Positions 42,910 to 44,822 of a stretch of 44,822 nucleotides of DNA are shown one piece after another (position 1 is the first letter of the stretch; every line of letters begins with the position of its first letter). The stretch lies in the IMG/VR virus record IMGVR_UViG_3300017963_000102. One strand, given 5' to 3'. Source of the stretch: a virus. The notes beneath the pieces are model-generated. The model searched no databases and was not told the origin of the DNA. It worked only from the letters and a program-made list of their open reading frames with translations. A program made the position numbers and the translations under genes.

Positions 42910-43290
42910 ATGGAGGTTGTCCGCGATCAGGGTCTCGGCAACATCGACTTCAAAGCAAACCTGGCCAAGCACAAGGTCGCCAAGTTTCCGCAGCTCCAGT
43001 TCGTTCCCTGCTTCCTGCGTGTGCACTTCACGCGGATCCAGGGGAGCGGGACCGACACCGCGGAGTTCCTTCTGATCGTCGACAACGACGAGCCGGCGTA
43101 CAACGTCGAGCTTTGGTCTCAAGCCTCCACGGGCGTGGGGACCGACGTACACCTGCGCTGGCACCCGGAGTGGCGGAAGGCCTGGGCCCTGAATCCCGGG
43201 CAGAGCTTCCGATCGACCTGGACCAACCCGGACGCTGATGACATCCACTGGGGCCTCGAGATGGGCCTGGAGTACTACGACGAGGCATGA
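42910..43290 (+). CDS. hypothetical structural protein
   Basis: ATG with AGGAGG upstream; 126 aa. Confidence 0.6.
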   Translation: MEVVRDQGLGNIDFKANLAKHKVAKFPQLQFVPCFLRVHFTRIQGSGTDTAEFLLIVDNDEPAYNVELWSQASTGVGTDVHLRWHPEWRKAWALNPGQSFRSTWTNPDADDIHWGLEMGLEYYDEA

Positions 43291-44540
43291 GCAGCTCGCA
43301 GCCTGACATATCGGATCGGCGGGACAACACCGCCGGCAGCGCGGTGGACCTGGCCAGCGGGGCGGCGGCGCCGGCAGCCCACGCTCACGCCATGGACGAC
43401 CTGACCGACGCGGACATGACCACGGATCCGCCCGAGCTCAACGAGGTGCCCAAGTGGAACGGCAGCGAGTTCGTGCCTGGCAACGTGACCGACGGCGACG
43501 AGTTCACGTTCTCGATCGACTCATTCAGTGACGGGATTTCCGACACCAGTCAGCTGATCGGCAGCGGCGAGTGGAAGGCGATCGGTGCGATCAGCTTCAC
43601 GGCGACCTACAGCAACGCCCCCGCGGGGATGACGGCCGAGGTGGCCATGAGTGGATCCGCGACCGCCTGGGCGGCGAACCTTCAGATGACGCCGGTCGAG
43701 GGCCCGGAAACCAACACGGAGGCGGTGGACTATCCGTCGGCCACGGGCAGCACGATCACGTTCACGCTGTCGCAGTCGGCCGACGCCAGCACAGACACCG
43801 AGACGGTCACGTTCAACAACACGATGCGGTACGGCAACAGCACGCTGACCCAGGGGAATCAGACGGAGGCCTCGCTCGAGGCGCTCACGGAGGTGGGCGG
43901 ACCGAACGAGTCGCGCAGCCAGACGATCAGCAACATCCCGACGACGGCGAACTACCTGGTCTTCGCCCACGCCGATCGGCTGTCCTCGATCAGCCAGGTC
44001 CGCCGGGACAGCGGCAATGGCTACGTGACGGCCTCGTTCAACGCCACGCGCACGACGGTGGCGCCGAGCGTGCAGACGGGCGTGACGGGGGTCACGAACT
44101 CCGCCGGCTACAGCGAGAGCTTCGAGTGCATCACCAGCACGGACACCGGCCTGGCGAACGGGACGAATGATTTCCAGCTGCTGACCAGCGGCACCGCGCA
44201 GAACTACCTCCGGGGCGGGGGCAACACGAAGTCGGATCCGGCGACCTACACGGAGTCTGACATCGAGACGGGCCTCACGGATCCATGGATTGACGCGACG
44301 AACGACCACACGCAGACCTGGCCCACGGTGACGCTCCTGGCGTCCGAGCACTACGTGATTGCGATCCCCACCAGGCTCGGCACTCCGACGTTCTACGACG
44401 ACGACACGGGGTTCGAGGCCTCGTTCCAGAGTCCGTCGGTCCTGGCGATCACGAACGACGCGGGCTTCACCGAAGATTACAACATCTTCGTGAGCACGAA
44501 TCCGCTGGGCCCGGGGGACTTCAATCTTCGGACGGAGTAG
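43287..44540 (+). CDS. tail fibre/receptor-binding-like protein
   Basis: ATGA overlap with the upstream gene; 417 aa. The composition is Thr/Ser/Gly/Asn-rich and beta-type. The N-terminus has AHAHAMDDLTD...VPKWNGSEFVP, similar to the motif of the next gene. Confidence 0.6.
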   Translation: MSSSQPDISDRRDNTAGSAVDLASGAAAPAAHAHAMDDLTDADMTTDPPELNEVPKWNGSEFVPGNVTDGDEFTFSIDSFSDGISDTSQLIGSGEWKAIGAISFTATYSNAPAGMTAEVAMSGSATAWAANLQMTPVEGPETNTEAVDYPSATGSTITFTLSQSADASTDTETVTFNNTMRYGNSTLTQGNQTEASLEALTEVGGPNESRSQTISNIPTTANYLVFAHADRLSSISQVRRDSGNGYVTASFNATRTTVAPSVQTGVTGVTNSAGYSESFECITSTDTGLANGTNDFQLLTSGTAQNYLRGGGNTKSDPATYTESDIETGLTDPWIDATNDHTQTWPTVTLLASEHYVIAIPTRLGTPTFYDDDTGFEASFQSPSVLAITNDAGFTEDYNIFVSTNPLGPGDFNLRTE

Positions 44541-44543
44541 GCC

Positions 44544-44822
44544 ATGCCGATCGGTCTCACGGACTACATCAAGCCGAAGAACGACGCTTTCACGGGGATC
44601 GTGCAGGCCTCGCAGGTTCTGGGCGGCGGGGGACACGGCACACTACCCGATGCTTGCGTGGCAGCCTCGAACGTGACGCAGCACGAGGGCAGCATGTCCC
44701 TCGCGAACCTGGGGACCAGGGCGCACTCGAACCTGACGGGGGTGGGCACCGACGACCATCACGCCAAGTCGCACGCGAGTACTCACGGGCCGGCGGGTCC
44801 TGACCAGCTGAAGCTGGACGAC
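44544..44822 (+). CDS. tail-fibre-like protein, N-terminal part (continues at 95..703 via the terminal repeat)
   Basis: ATG 44544 lies 3 nt after the upstream TAG. The frame runs into the 94-bp repeat and is continuous with 2..703. Confidence 0.7.
   Translation, partial: MPIGLTDYIKPKNDAFTGIVQASQVLGGGGHGTLPDACVAASNVTQHEGSMSLANLGTRAHSNLTGVGTDDHHAKSHASTHGPAGPDQLKLDD
44729..44822. repeat. terminal direct repeat, copy 2
   Basis: Identical to 1..94. Confidence 0.95.

Overview
The window holds one complete, high-GC tailed-phage genome of 44,728 bp plus a 94-bp overlap (1..94 is identical to 44729..44822). The contig is therefore circularly closed or terminally redundant, and a tail-fibre-like gene spans the junction. 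Nearly all genes are on the + strand and most have clear Shine-Dalgarno sites. Reading left to right: the end of the tail-fibre module (2..1409), one reverse-strand gene, then a packaging block with a PD-(D/E)XK-like nuclease, a putative small terminase and TerL at 3118..4881. Next come accessory genes with two strong rho-independent terminators, then portal, scaffold and major capsid (6682..11112), followed by podovirus-like tail and internal-protein genes (11173..19728). A 3,911-codon ORF (19735..31470) carries N6-adenine methyltransferase and SNF2-like helicase motifs. It is followed by a small leftward operon, a 428-bp divergent control region, and an early/accessory block (32368..41920). 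That block encodes a wHTH protein, exported and lipoprotein genes, a permuted-papain amidase, a P-loop kinase-like protein and a Gp37/Gp68-like protein. More tail and fibre genes (42000..44822) close the circle. I could not recognise any DNA polymerase, primase, RNA polymerase, integrase, tRNA or CRISPR array. The most unusual observation is inside the giant ORF. In two islands (21359..21553 and 23234..~23700) the genome's G/C-at-third-position signature jumps to the +1 frame. Each island starts with an AGGAGG-type SD at 6 nt from a start codon, and each encodes an ordinary-looking protein while the giant frame reads as a Pro/Glu/Gly/Arg smear. These are either nested out-of-frame genes or recoding sites in a DarB-like virion protein. 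All functional calls come from motif reading by eye and no database search was run.
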